From: Nitrospirales bacterium | Lineage (GTDB): Bacteria; Nitrospirota; Nitrospiria; Nitrospirales; UBA8639 | Assembly (NCBI GenBank): GCA_965223635.1 | Contig: OZ245007.1 | Span: 386,935-450,934 of the forward strand | Direction of reading: 5' to 3' | DNA length: 64,000 bases | Shown here: positions 8,577 to 19,714 of the stretch, one piece after another | Numbering within the stretch: the first letter of the stretch is position 1 | Layout of the letters: each line of letters begins with the position of its first letter | Position numbers and translations under genes: made by a program | The notes under the pieces: generated by a model | Told to the model about the DNA's origin: nothing | What the model saw: the letters and a program-made list of their open reading frames with translations, nothing else | Database searches by the model: none

Positions 8577-11500
8577 ATGAAAAAGCTTATTTGTTCCATT
8601 ATTCTTCTCAATGGTCTGTTGTTTTATAACTTAGCTCCAGTATCAGCTCAAATTGTGCCAGCTGAAAAGAGTGAAACGAGTACTCTTGAACGTAACCCCT
8701 TCCCCTGTAGTCTTAGCAGGGGCTGCGAGGAGAGTATTATTCAAGCCGAACCCGCCTCGGCAAAGAGGCATGCGGAGAAGGTGGAGGACTCGAGCAATAC
8801 TATCCCCTGTGAGTTGAATGAGAAATGCGGAGAAACTCCTAGCCAGCCAGATCCTCCCGCCGTGGAGCAGGCCTCTGATGAGCCACAGCACGAGGCGGAT
8901 TTTCCCTGCGGTCTCAGTGGCGGCTGCGAGGAGAGTATTATTCAAGCCGAACCTGCTTCGACCAAGAGCCGCCCTGACACAACTGAAAGCAATGCCTTTC
9001 CTTGTGGGCTGAGCGGTGGTTGTACAGAAGATATTATCAGTGCAGATCCTACTTTTATCCAGAAGTCTCAAGAGCAGGAATCCCCTATTTTTCAAACCCT
9101 TGTACCTTCGTCGTCTGCTGGGATCGTGGGAGAACTCCTTATCCCTTATGAAGGAGCTTTGGTTCGGGCAAATGTCCCTATCTTTGGCCGTGCCTATGGA
9201 ATAAATTTTAAGGAATACCGCATTGAATATGGGGAAGGAAGCGACCCAAGTGAGTGGATCATTGTTGAGACCTCAGATATCCCCCAAACGCAAAATGTGC
9301 ATCCTGACGAATTTATGTTGTCTGCTGATCTTTCGATTGAAGGCAATCTCGCAACGTGGGATACCGGGCTTAAAAATTACGTCTATCTTCCAACCCATCC
9401 GAAGGACCACCCTATCAATCTGAAGGGGACATATACACTACGGCTTGTCGTGACAGCTTTTGACGGACAGACGGTTGAAGATCGAGTCACACTGCATGTG
9501 GCCAACGTCATACCCAATGCCTGGGGAGGAAAAGTTCAAAGTCCAGACGGACAAGTGAGTCTTCTCGTCCCTGAGCAAGCCATTATGTCCCCATTTAGAC
9601 TCATGCTTATTCAATCAACAACCCATGTTCCAAAAATACTAGAGGACGGGAAACAGCTCATTGGTCAAGTGTATGAGGTTAAAGAACCAAACGAGCAATT
9701 CGCCAAAAATGCTGTTTTAGAGATGAAGGTTTCGGAGGAGAGTGTCGGCGCGCGGGCTCTCACTCAAATGTCCATCTATGGCTATGACGTCACCAAAGAG
9801 GAATGGAGTATTCTTCCTTCTTTTCATCAGGTCAAGCAGCATAGCCTCTTGACACATGTCTCTCAACTCCATGCTTTTTATGCTGTGATGTCCAGCAATC
9901 AAATGGAAGAAGGATCTCGGCCGAGTCAACTCGAATCGACCGAACCGCCGGTTCATCAAGTGAAAGCTACACCGATTTCCAGACATTACCTCGTGCAAGA
10001 TAGCTTTGAAGAAAGTGTTGGACAATGGTCTAACCGTGATGGCAAGCAAGGTGCGACTGTGAGTCTTGACGCCGTCTCTACCTTTGATGGATCAAAGGCG
10101 TTAAAGATTGTTAATACAGAGGCCGGTGGCAATTTTGCCGTAAACATACGATCCGAGCCATTTGACGCAAAAGAGTTTTCAATCGTCGAATTCGATTATC
10201 GAATGGAGCCAGAGGTCAAAACCAGTATGTATGCAAAAGTATCTGGACGTTGGTACAAAATAGGTCTAACAGATGACCCAACAGAACTCAAAAACAAGAG
10301 GGTCAATATTGCAGATTTAGGCCTAGTTCCTGGAATTGTCGCTGATGACGCATGGCATACCGCTCGGTTTAATCTTTATGACATGCTTCGGAACAAAACA
10401 GGACATACGAGAGTTGAAGAGCTCATTATGGCCGATTGGGATGTCTCCGGATACATGAAATTGCAATATGGAAACAATCCCAAGAATGCGACCTATTACA
10501 TTGATAATTTTGCTATTAGTCGAGAACTCTCTGTGGGATTACAACCCAATACTGATCTCATCCTCGTAGACAATTTCAATCAGAAAAAAGATAAAAATAA
10601 TCTGAAGCAACCCGTCTATACCTTTCAAGATTCCCATACAGATGGTGGTGGGGTCGTCCATGCTTTATTCAACACAGAGGATGCTGCAGGGTACGGTCAT
10701 TCCTTGGCTCTTTCATACGATGTGTCTGTACCAAAGGCCTATGGGGGATATGTTACGACACTCCCGAATCTCGACCTCCGTGGCTTTCAATCCTTGTCAT
10801 TTTCCGTAAAAGGCCGAGAAATTGGGCAAGATTTTTTAATTGGAATCCGAGATTCTGTGGGCAATGAATCAAAAATTCCATTAAGCGTCTACCTGCCAGA
10901 AAAAATCGATACAGAGTGGAAACAAGTTTTCATTCCATTAATAGCTTTTTCTGACACGTTTGATTGGTCAGGCGTAGAGAATTTGAGTTTTTCTTTTACG
11001 CATGACACACAAACGAAAGGCACAATTCTTATAGACAACATTCAATTTCATAAATATGTCCATTCCCTGCACATTGATAGTTTTGAACAATGGCATGGGA
11101 AAAATTTACTTGGCAGTCCACATAGAACCTTTGCTAATGGTGCTGCAGCAATCTCGGGAACGTATACCAGAGGATCGCCCAATGGTCTCTATCGACTGTC
11201 TTATGGTGGGAATATTGGAAAAATCAACGCCTATGCAAGTGATCTTTTAACCTATGCCGGTTGGGCAACTCGTTTAGGGGGTATTGACTGTTCGCGTTGT
11301 GACAAGATCACATTTCGTGTACGAGGTGGACAGGGTGGTGAAAAGCCTAACGTCTATCTTGATGATGGAAACTTTCGCTGGGGTATCGATCTTGAAGATT
11401 ATATGAGCATGACCACTGAGTGGCAATCTGTCTCTATTCCGTTAAAAGCTTTTTCTGATCATGGAGTGGATGTAACTCATCTTGAGGAGATTCAAATTGT

Positions 11501-11579
11501 ATTTGAGTGGGAGGAAATGTCAAGTACTCTTTATCTTGATGATTTGTGGTTTGGAGTGAACACAACAAGAGAACCGTAG
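8577..11579 (+). CDS. Large secreted protein: N-terminal Cys-x5-Cys repeat region, a central Ig-like/unknown region, and three C-terminal carbohydrate-binding-module-like (CBM11/CIA30-like beta-sandwich) modules
   Basis: The protein has a signal peptide (LLFYNLAPVSAQ). Three ~170-aa modules follow, each ending in a [YLI][YLI][IL]D[ND] strand (YYIDNFAIS, ILIDNIQF, LYLDDLWFG). They contain blocks such as LRGFQSLSFSVKG, WKQVFIPLIAFS and WQSVSIPLKAFS, typical of CBM-like sandwiches. Confidence 0.6.
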   Translation: MKKLICSIILLNGLLFYNLAPVSAQIVPAEKSETSTLERNPFPCSLSRGCEESIIQAEPASAKRHAEKVEDSSNTIPCELNEKCGETPSQPDPPAVEQASDEPQHEADFPCGLSGGCEESIIQAEPASTKSRPDTTESNAFPCGLSGGCTEDIISADPTFIQKSQEQESPIFQTLVPSSSAGIVGELLIPYEGALVRANVPIFGRAYGINFKEYRIEYGEGSDPSEWIIVETSDIPQTQNVHPDEFMLSADLSIEGNLATWDTGLKNYVYLPTHPKDHPINLKGTYTLRLVVTAFDGQTVEDRVTLHVANVIPNAWGGKVQSPDGQVSLLVPEQAIMSPFRLMLIQSTTHVPKILEDGKQLIGQVYEVKEPNEQFAKNAVLEMKVSEESVGARALTQMSIYGYDVTKEEWSILPSFHQVKQHSLLTHVSQLHAFYAVMSSNQMEEGSRPSQLESTEPPVHQVKATPISRHYLVQDSFEESVGQWSNRDGKQGATVSLDAVSTFDGSKALKIVNTEAGGNFAVNIRSEPFDAKEFSIVEFDYRMEPEVKTSMYAKVSGRWYKIGLTDDPTELKNKRVNIADLGLVPGIVADDAWHTARFNLYDMLRNKTGHTRVEELIMADWDVSGYMKLQYGNNPKNATYYIDNFAISRELSVGLQPNTDLILVDNFNQKKDKNNLKQPVYTFQDSHTDGGGVVHALFNTEDAAGYGHSLALSYDVSVPKAYGGYVTTLPNLDLRGFQSLSFSVKGREIGQDFLIGIRDSVGNESKIPLSVYLPEKIDTEWKQVFIPLIAFSDTFDWSGVENLSFSFTHDTQTKGTILIDNIQFHKYVHSLHIDSFEQWHGKNLLGSPHRTFANGAAAISGTYTRGSPNGLYRLSYGGNIGKINAYASDLLTYAGWATRLGGIDCSRCDKITFRVRGGQGGEKPNVYLDDGNFRWGIDLEDYMSMTTEWQSVSIPLKAFSDHGVDVTHLEEIQIVFEWEEMSSTLYLDDLWFGVNTTREP
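8690..9060 (+). repeat. Intragenic repeats encoding the FPC(G/S)LS(G/R)GC(E/T)E(S/D)II(Q/S)A(E/D)P motif (three good copies plus one degenerate copy)
   Basis: GGCTGCGAGGAGAGTATTATTCAAGCCGAACC is identical at 8721-8752 and 8922-8953, a 201-bp spacing. A third diverged copy lies at about 8989-9054. A degenerate C-x5-C unit (IPCELNEKCGE) lies at about 8803-8862. Confidence 0.85.
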
Positions 11580-11848
11580 GTTTTCCTCAAACCTTCATGG
11601 TTTCCTTGGTACATTACTCTTGGTTTGGCTACGCCCCCTTATTCTGAGCTATGGTTTTATAATGAGAATCTATGAGTATGATTATTCAAAAAAGTATGCA
11701 GGGTAATAGGCAAATATAGTAATTCCACATAGAAATTGACTCACCGTGATGGATCCTTATCTTGACTACACACCAGCTTGTTAGCATTTTTTTAACATTC
11801 ATATTTAAGCTTACAAAATAGCTTTGATTATTCTAAGGTTTCTTTTCA

Positions 11849-12766
11849 ATGAATTGGGATTGTATATCAAGTGGGCTAAAGCGGGTTTCCTTCAACGTGA
11901 GCATTATTTTATCTTGCGGACTACTCCTCTACGGTTTAGACGTCAGGGCTTCTCCAGGGGACGACATAATCCAAGCATTCCTCCCACCAGCAGTTGCCTA
12001 TCAACCTCAGGGGTTTTCTCCAGGTTCTGAATTCAAGGCTTCAGCGCCTTCCCAAATTGTTCAAGAACTCAAACAACTCCATGCGCTTGGGTTTCGCAGT
12101 CTAGTGACATACGGTTCCCGAGGTGCTTTAGGCACCATTCCCGAGATGGCCAGAGCTCAAGGGTTTTCTGGAATGGTGATCATGGGAATTTGGGATATTT
12201 TTTCCGCAGAGGAATGGAGCAATGCACTAGCCCAGCGTGATTTTGTCGACGGGTATTGTTTAGGTAATGAAGGCCTTTTTTTTTCACGGTATACAATGCA
12301 GGCATTGGAAGAGAAAATGTCTAAATTAAGACAGGCCACAGGCAAGCCGGTCACAACAGGAGAACCCATAGACCTTTATCTTACGGGTCCTTATCGCGAA
12401 TGGCTATGGAACCATTCAGACTGGTTGTTTCCTAATACCCATCCGTTTTGGGGAGGAAAAAAATATTTTCAAGACGCTGTTGATTGGGTATTAGCACGTT
12501 CAGATTTTTTAGAGGCCACGACAGGCAAAAAAATCATTCTGAAAGAAACAGGACTTCCATCAAAAACCTCTCACCCTGAAAGTGAGGAAATGCAGAAGGC
12601 CTTCTTTGCGACATTGCAATCCACGGGGATTAAATTCGTGTATTTCGAAGCCTTTGACCAACCTTGGAAGCATGAATTATTTGGCCAGCCGGAAGCCGAG
12701 GGACATTGGGGGTTATATGATGCCCAGGGGCGCCCTAAAAAAGTTATCGAGTCCAAGGAGCCCTAA
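11849..12766 (+). CDS. Glycoside hydrolase family 17-like protein (beta-1,3-glucanase / glucanosyltransferase), secreted
   Basis: The GH17 acid/base block is YCLGNEGLFF and the nucleophile block is IILKETGLPS. The C-terminal blocks are VYFEAFDQPWK and EGHWGLYD. The N-terminus is hydrophobic. Confidence 0.75.
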   Translation: MNWDCISSGLKRVSFNVSIILSCGLLLYGLDVRASPGDDIIQAFLPPAVAYQPQGFSPGSEFKASAPSQIVQELKQLHALGFRSLVTYGSRGALGTIPEMARAQGFSGMVIMGIWDIFSAEEWSNALAQRDFVDGYCLGNEGLFFSRYTMQALEEKMSKLRQATGKPVTTGEPIDLYLTGPYREWLWNHSDWLFPNTHPFWGGKKYFQDAVDWVLARSDFLEATTGKKIILKETGLPSKTSHPESEEMQKAFFATLQSTGIKFVYFEAFDQPWKHELFGQPEAEGHWGLYDAQGRPKKVIESKEP

Positions 12767-12774
12767 AGACTTCT

Positions 12775-13467
12775 ATGCTGCAAAAAAAAATATTTCTCCC
12801 ATGTTTGTTTACGCTTAGTTGTCTCATGTCGCCTACGCATATAGCCCACGCTACGATGGGAGGCGTTTCTACTATCGGACCTCTCTTGACGCCAGGAGAA
12901 TCCTCTACGGCAATTCGTGAAGTCATTGACCTTAAAAAGTCTGGTGATTTATTAATTGCGAAGCCCCATCATGGCCTTGTCGCGATGATTGCTCTCTATG
13001 CTCCTGGCCTCAACCAAGGACACCTTATTTTACGAGAACTTCTCACTCCAGATGGGCGCCAAACCTTACTGCTTACGGCCCCTGATGCCGTTAAAGCCAA
13101 AGTCCACCGGGCAACACTCTATACAAAAGGTTTACCAGATAATATCGTACTGCTTGAAAATATCAATGGAATCTGGCAAGAACGGCTTCCGCAACCATTC
13201 CTGACAGATTCGATTCAGGCGGGATCTGAATCAGCACAAGTCATAAAAGCCTTTCCTATAAAAACACTAGGATTTTACTGGCTGCTCGAATCCACTGCAG
13301 GTGTAACTGTCTCCGCTCATGCTCCAGAAAAAATATCCGCCACTACTCTAATGGGTGGAAATTTCACTTCTGGAATTTTCCCCTCGGTTATAGGAATTTT
13401 GCTATTTATGTTATTTGGAACCGTATCTCGATACATACATAAAACAGAAAAACTTGGTGGATTGTAA
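12775..13467 (+). CDS. Hypothetical exported protein with a C-terminal membrane anchor; operon partner of GH17 and GT2
   Basis: The protein has a signal peptide, a soluble part of about 170 aa, and a C-terminal TM helix (GIFPSVIGILLFMLFGTV). Its start lies 8 nt after the GH17 stop. Its TAA stop is 1 nt upstream of the GT2 ATG (TAATATG). I recognise no family. Confidence 0.55.
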   Translation: MLQKKIFLPCLFTLSCLMSPTHIAHATMGGVSTIGPLLTPGESSTAIREVIDLKKSGDLLIAKPHHGLVAMIALYAPGLNQGHLILRELLTPDGRQTLLLTAPDAVKAKVHRATLYTKGLPDNIVLLENINGIWQERLPQPFLTDSIQAGSESAQVIKAFPIKTLGFYWLLESTAGVTVSAHAPEKISATTLMGGNFTSGIFPSVIGILLFMLFGTVSRYIHKTEKLGGL

Positions 13468-13468
13468 T

Positions 13469-14992
13469 ATGGCGTGGTCTGCAACTTTAATCTTTTTAAC
13501 TCAACTCATCTGTCTGCTAGTATTTTTTTCCTTTGCCTTTTTCAATTATTTGTATGCATTTGCTAGTTTTCGAAAATCCTGTATTCCCCGAATTCCACAT
13601 AGTGGAGAGGAAGTTGCCGTAGTTATCGTTGCCTATAATGAAAAATTTGTCTTGGAGCGAACCATCCAAGGATGTGAGAATCTGGCTTACCCTAATCATT
13701 ATACGGTGTTGGCTGATGATTCTACTGATCCGGAAATTATTGATCAAATTCGTGAATTCGCTATAAAGCGTGGCTGCAAACAATTGTTGAATCATTCTTT
13801 TACCCAAGAAATTACGACAGAATCTGGCGCTATACGCGTTGAACCCATTGAAATTTGGGAATCAAAAGATTTTGTCTTATTCCATCGGCCTTCTAAAGAT
13901 GGGTTTAAAGGTGGAAGTCTTCAGAAACTCCAGGCATACCTTAAGCAACGTCAAACGAAATACATGTATTTGTTAGATGCTGATTGGAAACCCCAGACTG
14001 ATGCTTTAGAACGAACCTTAGAAGTCTTGGAAGCACAAAATGATGTTGCCTTTGTTCAAACGAAAAGAGTGGCATTTCCGTATGGAATGAATGTCTTTCA
14101 AAAATACATCGCCCTATCGGAGGAAGCTTGCTACTATGTGGATTTTGAAGGACGGCAAGCTCTTGGGCACCCAGCGCTTTTTTCTGGGTGTTGTACCTTG
14201 CTTCGGTTAGCCGCTATTGAACATGTTGGTGGCTTTACACCTGGGCATTTAACGGAAGATATTGATCTGAGCAACAAGTTCTGGCTAGCAGGATGGAAGG
14301 GTGTCTATCTAGGAAATGTCGTTAATTATGGAGAAGTTCCTTTTTCACATGATCATTTTCGGCGGCAACAGGAGCGATGGTGTGCGGGAACGGCAAGAGC
14401 GTTGCGAGAATATTTTTGGCCAATTATTAAATCCAAAAAGCTCTCAGTTGAGGAGAAATTATCTGCGCTTCGGCAAAATGCTTATTACGCCACCCCTCTA
14501 TTAACAGGGGGCGTGATTATTTTTGGAATGTTCACAGTTTGGTGGCTCGCAACGGGTTGGAATTCATATTCAGTTGAATATTATCTCTATTTATTAAGCT
14601 TTGTGAAATTTCCATTCCTACTTGTGATTGGCATGTGTTTATTGGCGAATTTGATTCAGCCGTTTGTCATGGTTGTTTTTAAAAGGCACTCCTACCGTGA
14701 CCTTGTTCATTTCCCCATGATGCTTTGGTACGGGTGGAGTGTAATTCTCACTTATATTATGGCTAACTTTAAAGGGTTATTTCGAATCAAACTTGATTGG
14801 TTTCGCACTCCAAAGTTCTTGCGCTACCAGGTTGGCACTCTTTCAAGTACGGCAATTTCTGTGCGGATGATCAATCTCATGGTCTGTGCGATATTTATCA
14901 CATTTTATTTTTTTGAAGGATGGGTTTTTGGATGGTTTGATATGTGGGGACTACTTTTAGTTCCAGCCTTCCTCATTGCTTCGAGAAAATAG
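13469..14992 (+). CDS. Multi-pass membrane family-2 glycosyltransferase, processive beta-glycan synthase type
   Basis: Motifs: VVIVAYNE, ADDSTD, LLDADW (DxD), LTEDIDLS (TED) and RRQQERWCAG (QxxRW). TM helices lie at the N-terminus and in a C-terminal bundle. I chose ATG 13469 because it is coupled to the upstream stop; the ORF is open from 13415. Confidence 0.8.
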   Translation: MAWSATLIFLTQLICLLVFFSFAFFNYLYAFASFRKSCIPRIPHSGEEVAVVIVAYNEKFVLERTIQGCENLAYPNHYTVLADDSTDPEIIDQIREFAIKRGCKQLLNHSFTQEITTESGAIRVEPIEIWESKDFVLFHRPSKDGFKGGSLQKLQAYLKQRQTKYMYLLDADWKPQTDALERTLEVLEAQNDVAFVQTKRVAFPYGMNVFQKYIALSEEACYYVDFEGRQALGHPALFSGCCTLLRLAAIEHVGGFTPGHLTEDIDLSNKFWLAGWKGVYLGNVVNYGEVPFSHDHFRRQQERWCAGTARALREYFWPIIKSKKLSVEEKLSALRQNAYYATPLLTGGVIIFGMFTVWWLATGWNSYSVEYYLYLLSFVKFPFLLVIGMCLLANLIQPFVMVVFKRHSYRDLVHFPMMLWYGWSVILTYIMANFKGLFRIKLDWFRTPKFLRYQVGTLSSTAISVRMINLMVCAIFITFYFFEGWVFGWFDMWGLLLVPAFLIASRK

Positions 14993-15449
14993 GATGGTTG
15001 TTCTCAGTATAGATTTCGAAGAACTCGACAATTATGATATTTAAAATGATGAGAGTTTTAGCCCAATACAACATAGAATTTCTGCTTAGTTCATAATCCC
15101 TTCCGCTCCTGACCGCGAAAATCTCCGCAAGTATCCACGGTTATTTACGAACATTTCATTGTTTGTTTGAGTAATTCTTCTCTCACAAGTGTTCTCCTCC
15201 CTGTGCCACTTCCAAAATGATGAACCTATCAAAGGCTCCTCCGGTGTTAATAATGTCTATAGAGACCATGAGTCGCAATGGCTTGCGTTTTCTTTCTACG
15301 AATGATGTGTAAAAGAAAGTTGATACGGTCAAATTCTATCCTTAGTCACCACACAATACGATTGAGAGGCTTCATATGTGATGATCACAAGGCCGCTTCA
15401 TTTCTCCTGTTGATTGTCCGAAAAGTGTACGGAGAGGCCGTGACATTTT

Positions 15450-16469
15450 TTGAACAGGAGCATGAACATGAATCGGCTATTTTCATTGCTACTGGTAGTT
15501 CTCTTAGTCACTCAGGGAATGTCCCTATCTTTGAGCAACCTTGCGACTGCAAGTCCAAATTCCGAAAATGAGATCCATTCGTTTTTTTCATATTTAACCA
15601 ATAACCAAAAGCCTCCAGCTCTCATTGACTATTCGCCTTCAGATTTCGACCCACGTCACGGAAAACATTTTCATTTACCCTCTGCATTGTCAATTGAAAA
15701 AGATCTACGAAAACTCCGGCAAGCTTTTAATGGGATCATTGTATACAGCTATCATCCTAAGGTAACACCGATCATTCTTAAAAAAGCAAAAGACCTTCAT
15801 TACCGTGCGGTGGTGTTAGGAGTTTGGGATGCACGATCAGCAACAGAAATTAATGGAGTTCTCAAGTTAATTCATCAATATGCTGATGACGTGGCTCTTG
15901 CTCTGTGCCTAGGAAATGAAGGGTTGTATTTTCACCGGTATTCAATGCAGGACTTAGTTAAAGCTCAGGATATGATCCAAGACGTTCTAGGACCAGACTT
16001 TCGTATTCCTATCACGACAAGTGAGCCATGGGAAAGCTATCGAGACTCAGCATTGTTTTCTGTTGGAGACTTTTTGGCACCTAACATACACCCTGTATGG
16101 GTAAAGCCGGCGTTGCCAGCAAAAGATGCGGTATTCTGGGTCCGCACACAAGCTATCGCATTAATGAAAAAATCTCAAAAGCCTGTTCTCGTGAAGGAGA
16201 CAGGCTTTCCCCATTCAGGGGAGAGACACTTTACCCCTCAGGCACAAAAAAAATTTTGGGATATGTATGTAAGAGAAAAGCGCCTCGTGTATTCCCCCAT
16301 CAACCCTCTGGTGTGGACTTCATTTGCTACATCTTTCGAAGCGTTTTCATTGCCGTGGAAAGCGGAACAAAGTGGGGAACCTATTGAGGCAGCATGGGGG
16401 CTTCTGACAAGAGACCACGTTCCTTTTCCAGCATTTAACACCTGGAAGCAATCTCAGCTCTCCCCATAA
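15450..16469 (+). CDS. Second glycoside hydrolase family 17-like protein, secreted
   Basis: The protein has a signal peptide (LLLVVLLVTQGMSLS), LCLGNEGLYF (acid/base), VLVKETGFPHSG (nucleophile), and FEAFSLPWK plus AAWGLL blocks. It is a paralogue of 11849-12766. Confidence 0.75.
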   Translation: MNRSMNMNRLFSLLLVVLLVTQGMSLSLSNLATASPNSENEIHSFFSYLTNNQKPPALIDYSPSDFDPRHGKHFHLPSALSIEKDLRKLRQAFNGIIVYSYHPKVTPIILKKAKDLHYRAVVLGVWDARSATEINGVLKLIHQYADDVALALCLGNEGLYFHRYSMQDLVKAQDMIQDVLGPDFRIPITTSEPWESYRDSALFSVGDFLAPNIHPVWVKPALPAKDAVFWVRTQAIALMKKSQKPVLVKETGFPHSGERHFTPQAQKKFWDMYVREKRLVYSPINPLVWTSFATSFEAFSLPWKAEQSGEPIEAAWGLLTRDHVPFPAFNTWKQSQLSP

Positions 16470-16589
16470 TGCAAGACCTTGCTCCGGTCTGTGGGAAAAC
16501 TACCATACGTGTCAGCTGAGTCCCTTCAACATTGACGAGTCAATCAGTAAAGACACAGTCAACTTTTAGAATATTTCGAAATACGTGAA

Positions 16590-16657
<68 letters not shown>

Positions 16658-16667
<10 letters not shown>

Positions 16668-17275
16668 ACAGATGGTGAGATAACAAGTCGTCGGGCAAGG
16701 AGATCTTTGGCCAATCGCAAAGCTTGGCCTCGATGACTCATCGCATTCTTTTCGGCCAGGGACATTTCAGCTAACGTTTTCTGTGCATTCGGTACATAGA
16801 ATATAGGATCATACCCGAAACCGTGGTCCCCGTAAAAGGTATTGGCAATTTCACCTAACAGTTCACCTTGCACAATTTCGGTTTGGCCTTTAGGGTCAGA
16901 GAGAGCTATCACCGTGAGAAATCGAGCTCCCCGTTGTTCTTGAAGAAGGCCTTCTAGTTCCGTGATCAGCTTCTGGCAATTATCTGCATAGGAGGCAGCT
17001 TCCCCAGCATAACGAGCAGCATACACCCCAGGACGACCATCTAAGGCTTCAACTTCTAAACCTGTATCATCCGCTAAGGCCCAACGGCCTGTAGCCACTG
17101 CAGTTTCCTTGGCTTTTTTAATTGCATTTTCCTGGCAAGTCGAACCATTCTCAATAATTTCAGGGAAATCGGGAAAATCCTCAAGGGAGAGAAACCTAAT
17201 AGGCAACTCCTCAAGCAGGGCTCGAATTTCTTGAACTTTGTGCAAATTCCTGGTCGCCAAGACTACAGTCTTCAT
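16658..17275 (-). CDS. rdgB: dITP/XTP pyrophosphatase (RdgB/HAM1 family)
   Basis: The sequence is [21 protein letters not shown] ... [23 protein letters not shown] ... [11 protein letters not shown] ... MSHRGQAL. The start is taken at ATG 17275 (M25 of the ORF), just after the rph stop. The last 10 nt overlap tRNA-Pro. Confidence 0.85.
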
Positions 17276-17286
17276 CTCAGATCCAA

Positions 17287-18042
17287 TTAGTTCAGGTTTC
17301 CTATTAATCCTTTTTGGATATTGACTAAATCCTGAATGCCATGCCACCCGAGCGTTACAAATTCATCCATGTCCTCTTTAGAAAATGGCGAATGCTCGGC
17401 TGTACCCTGGACCTCCACCATCCGTCCATTGCCTGTCATCACTAGATTCATATCAACGTCAGCTTGTGAATCTTCTTCATAGGCCAAATCTAATCGAATT
17501 TCTCCAGCCACTTTGCCAACGCTAATAGCCGCCAAGTAGTCCAGTAAAGGACATTGCTTAATGCGGTTTTTGGTTTGTAACGTGGAAAAGGCATCAGCTA
17601 AAGCAATAAAAGAACCCGTAATTGAGGCGGTCCGGGTGCCACCATCTGCCTGAATAACATCACAATCAATCCAGACAGTCCGTTCCCCCATTTGATGCAT
17701 ATCGGTTACTGCACGAAGCGCACGGCCAACCAAACGTTGAATTTCCAGGGTGCGTCCGCCTTGTCTCCCCTTGCTCGCTTCACGAGATATCCGATCATGC
17801 GTTGATCGAGGGAGCATGCCATATTCCGCAGTAATCCACCCTTGCCCCTTATCGCGCAAAAAGGGAGGGACTTTTTCTTCAACAGAAGCCGTACAGACGA
17901 CTTTTGTCTCGCCCATTTCAATCAATACCGAGCCTTCTGCGTATTTGGTAAACGGACGTGTAATTTTGACTGGACGAAGGTCACGTGGCCCTCGATTATC
18001 AGTTCTGGCAATATCAGACGGTGACAAGATGAGTCCTTTCAC
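17287..18042 (-). CDS. rph: Ribonuclease PH
   Basis: The sequence is [37 protein letters not shown] ... [17 protein letters not shown] ... [15 protein letters not shown] ... [18 protein letters not shown]. The exact start is uncertain. Confidence 0.9.
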   Translation of the reverse strand: MKGLILSPSDIARTDNRGPRDLRPVKITRPFTKYAEGSVLIEMGETKVVCTASVEEKVPPFLRDKGQGWITAEYGMLPRSTHDRISREASKGRQGGRTLEIQRLVGRALRAVTDMHQMGERTVWIDCDVIQADGGTRTASITGSFIALADAFSTLQTKNRIKQCPLLDYLAAISVGKVAGEIRLDLAYEEDSQADVDMNLVMTGNGRMVEVQGTAEHSPFSKEDMDEFVTLGWHGIQDLVNIQKGLIGNLN

Positions 18043-18380
18043 AGAAAATTAGTAAAAAATGGAGATGAATTATAGAGAGCACTTTTCGAAAACACAACAT
18101 CACATAAATGCCGGTGAGTTTAGGGAACAGGAGCCCTCGTGCTACTTATTTGCACAGGTAGGGAAAACACCGATTGCAGTGAAATAGATGAAGACCATCA
18201 CCTTGTCTTTTGGCGCTTTTGAATAATTCGCTTGGCAATCATAACTCCCAGAATTAGCAGAACGATGAGAATAATAAATTCGGTTTCATACGGAACATGA
18301 TACGTCATACCCATGTGCATGAATGAGGCACTCCTAAGAACTCACTGTTATTTATTGACTGCTATGGATGCCCATGATAG

Positions 18381-19688
<1,308 letters not shown>

Positions 19689-19714
19689 GCCATACAATAC
19701 CAGCCCAGAATTTC

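Noticed and set aside
8643-9095. 150-aa minus-strand ORF over the Cys-motif repeat region
   Set aside because: It is an antisense shadow of the secreted-protein gene. It has no start context or motifs.
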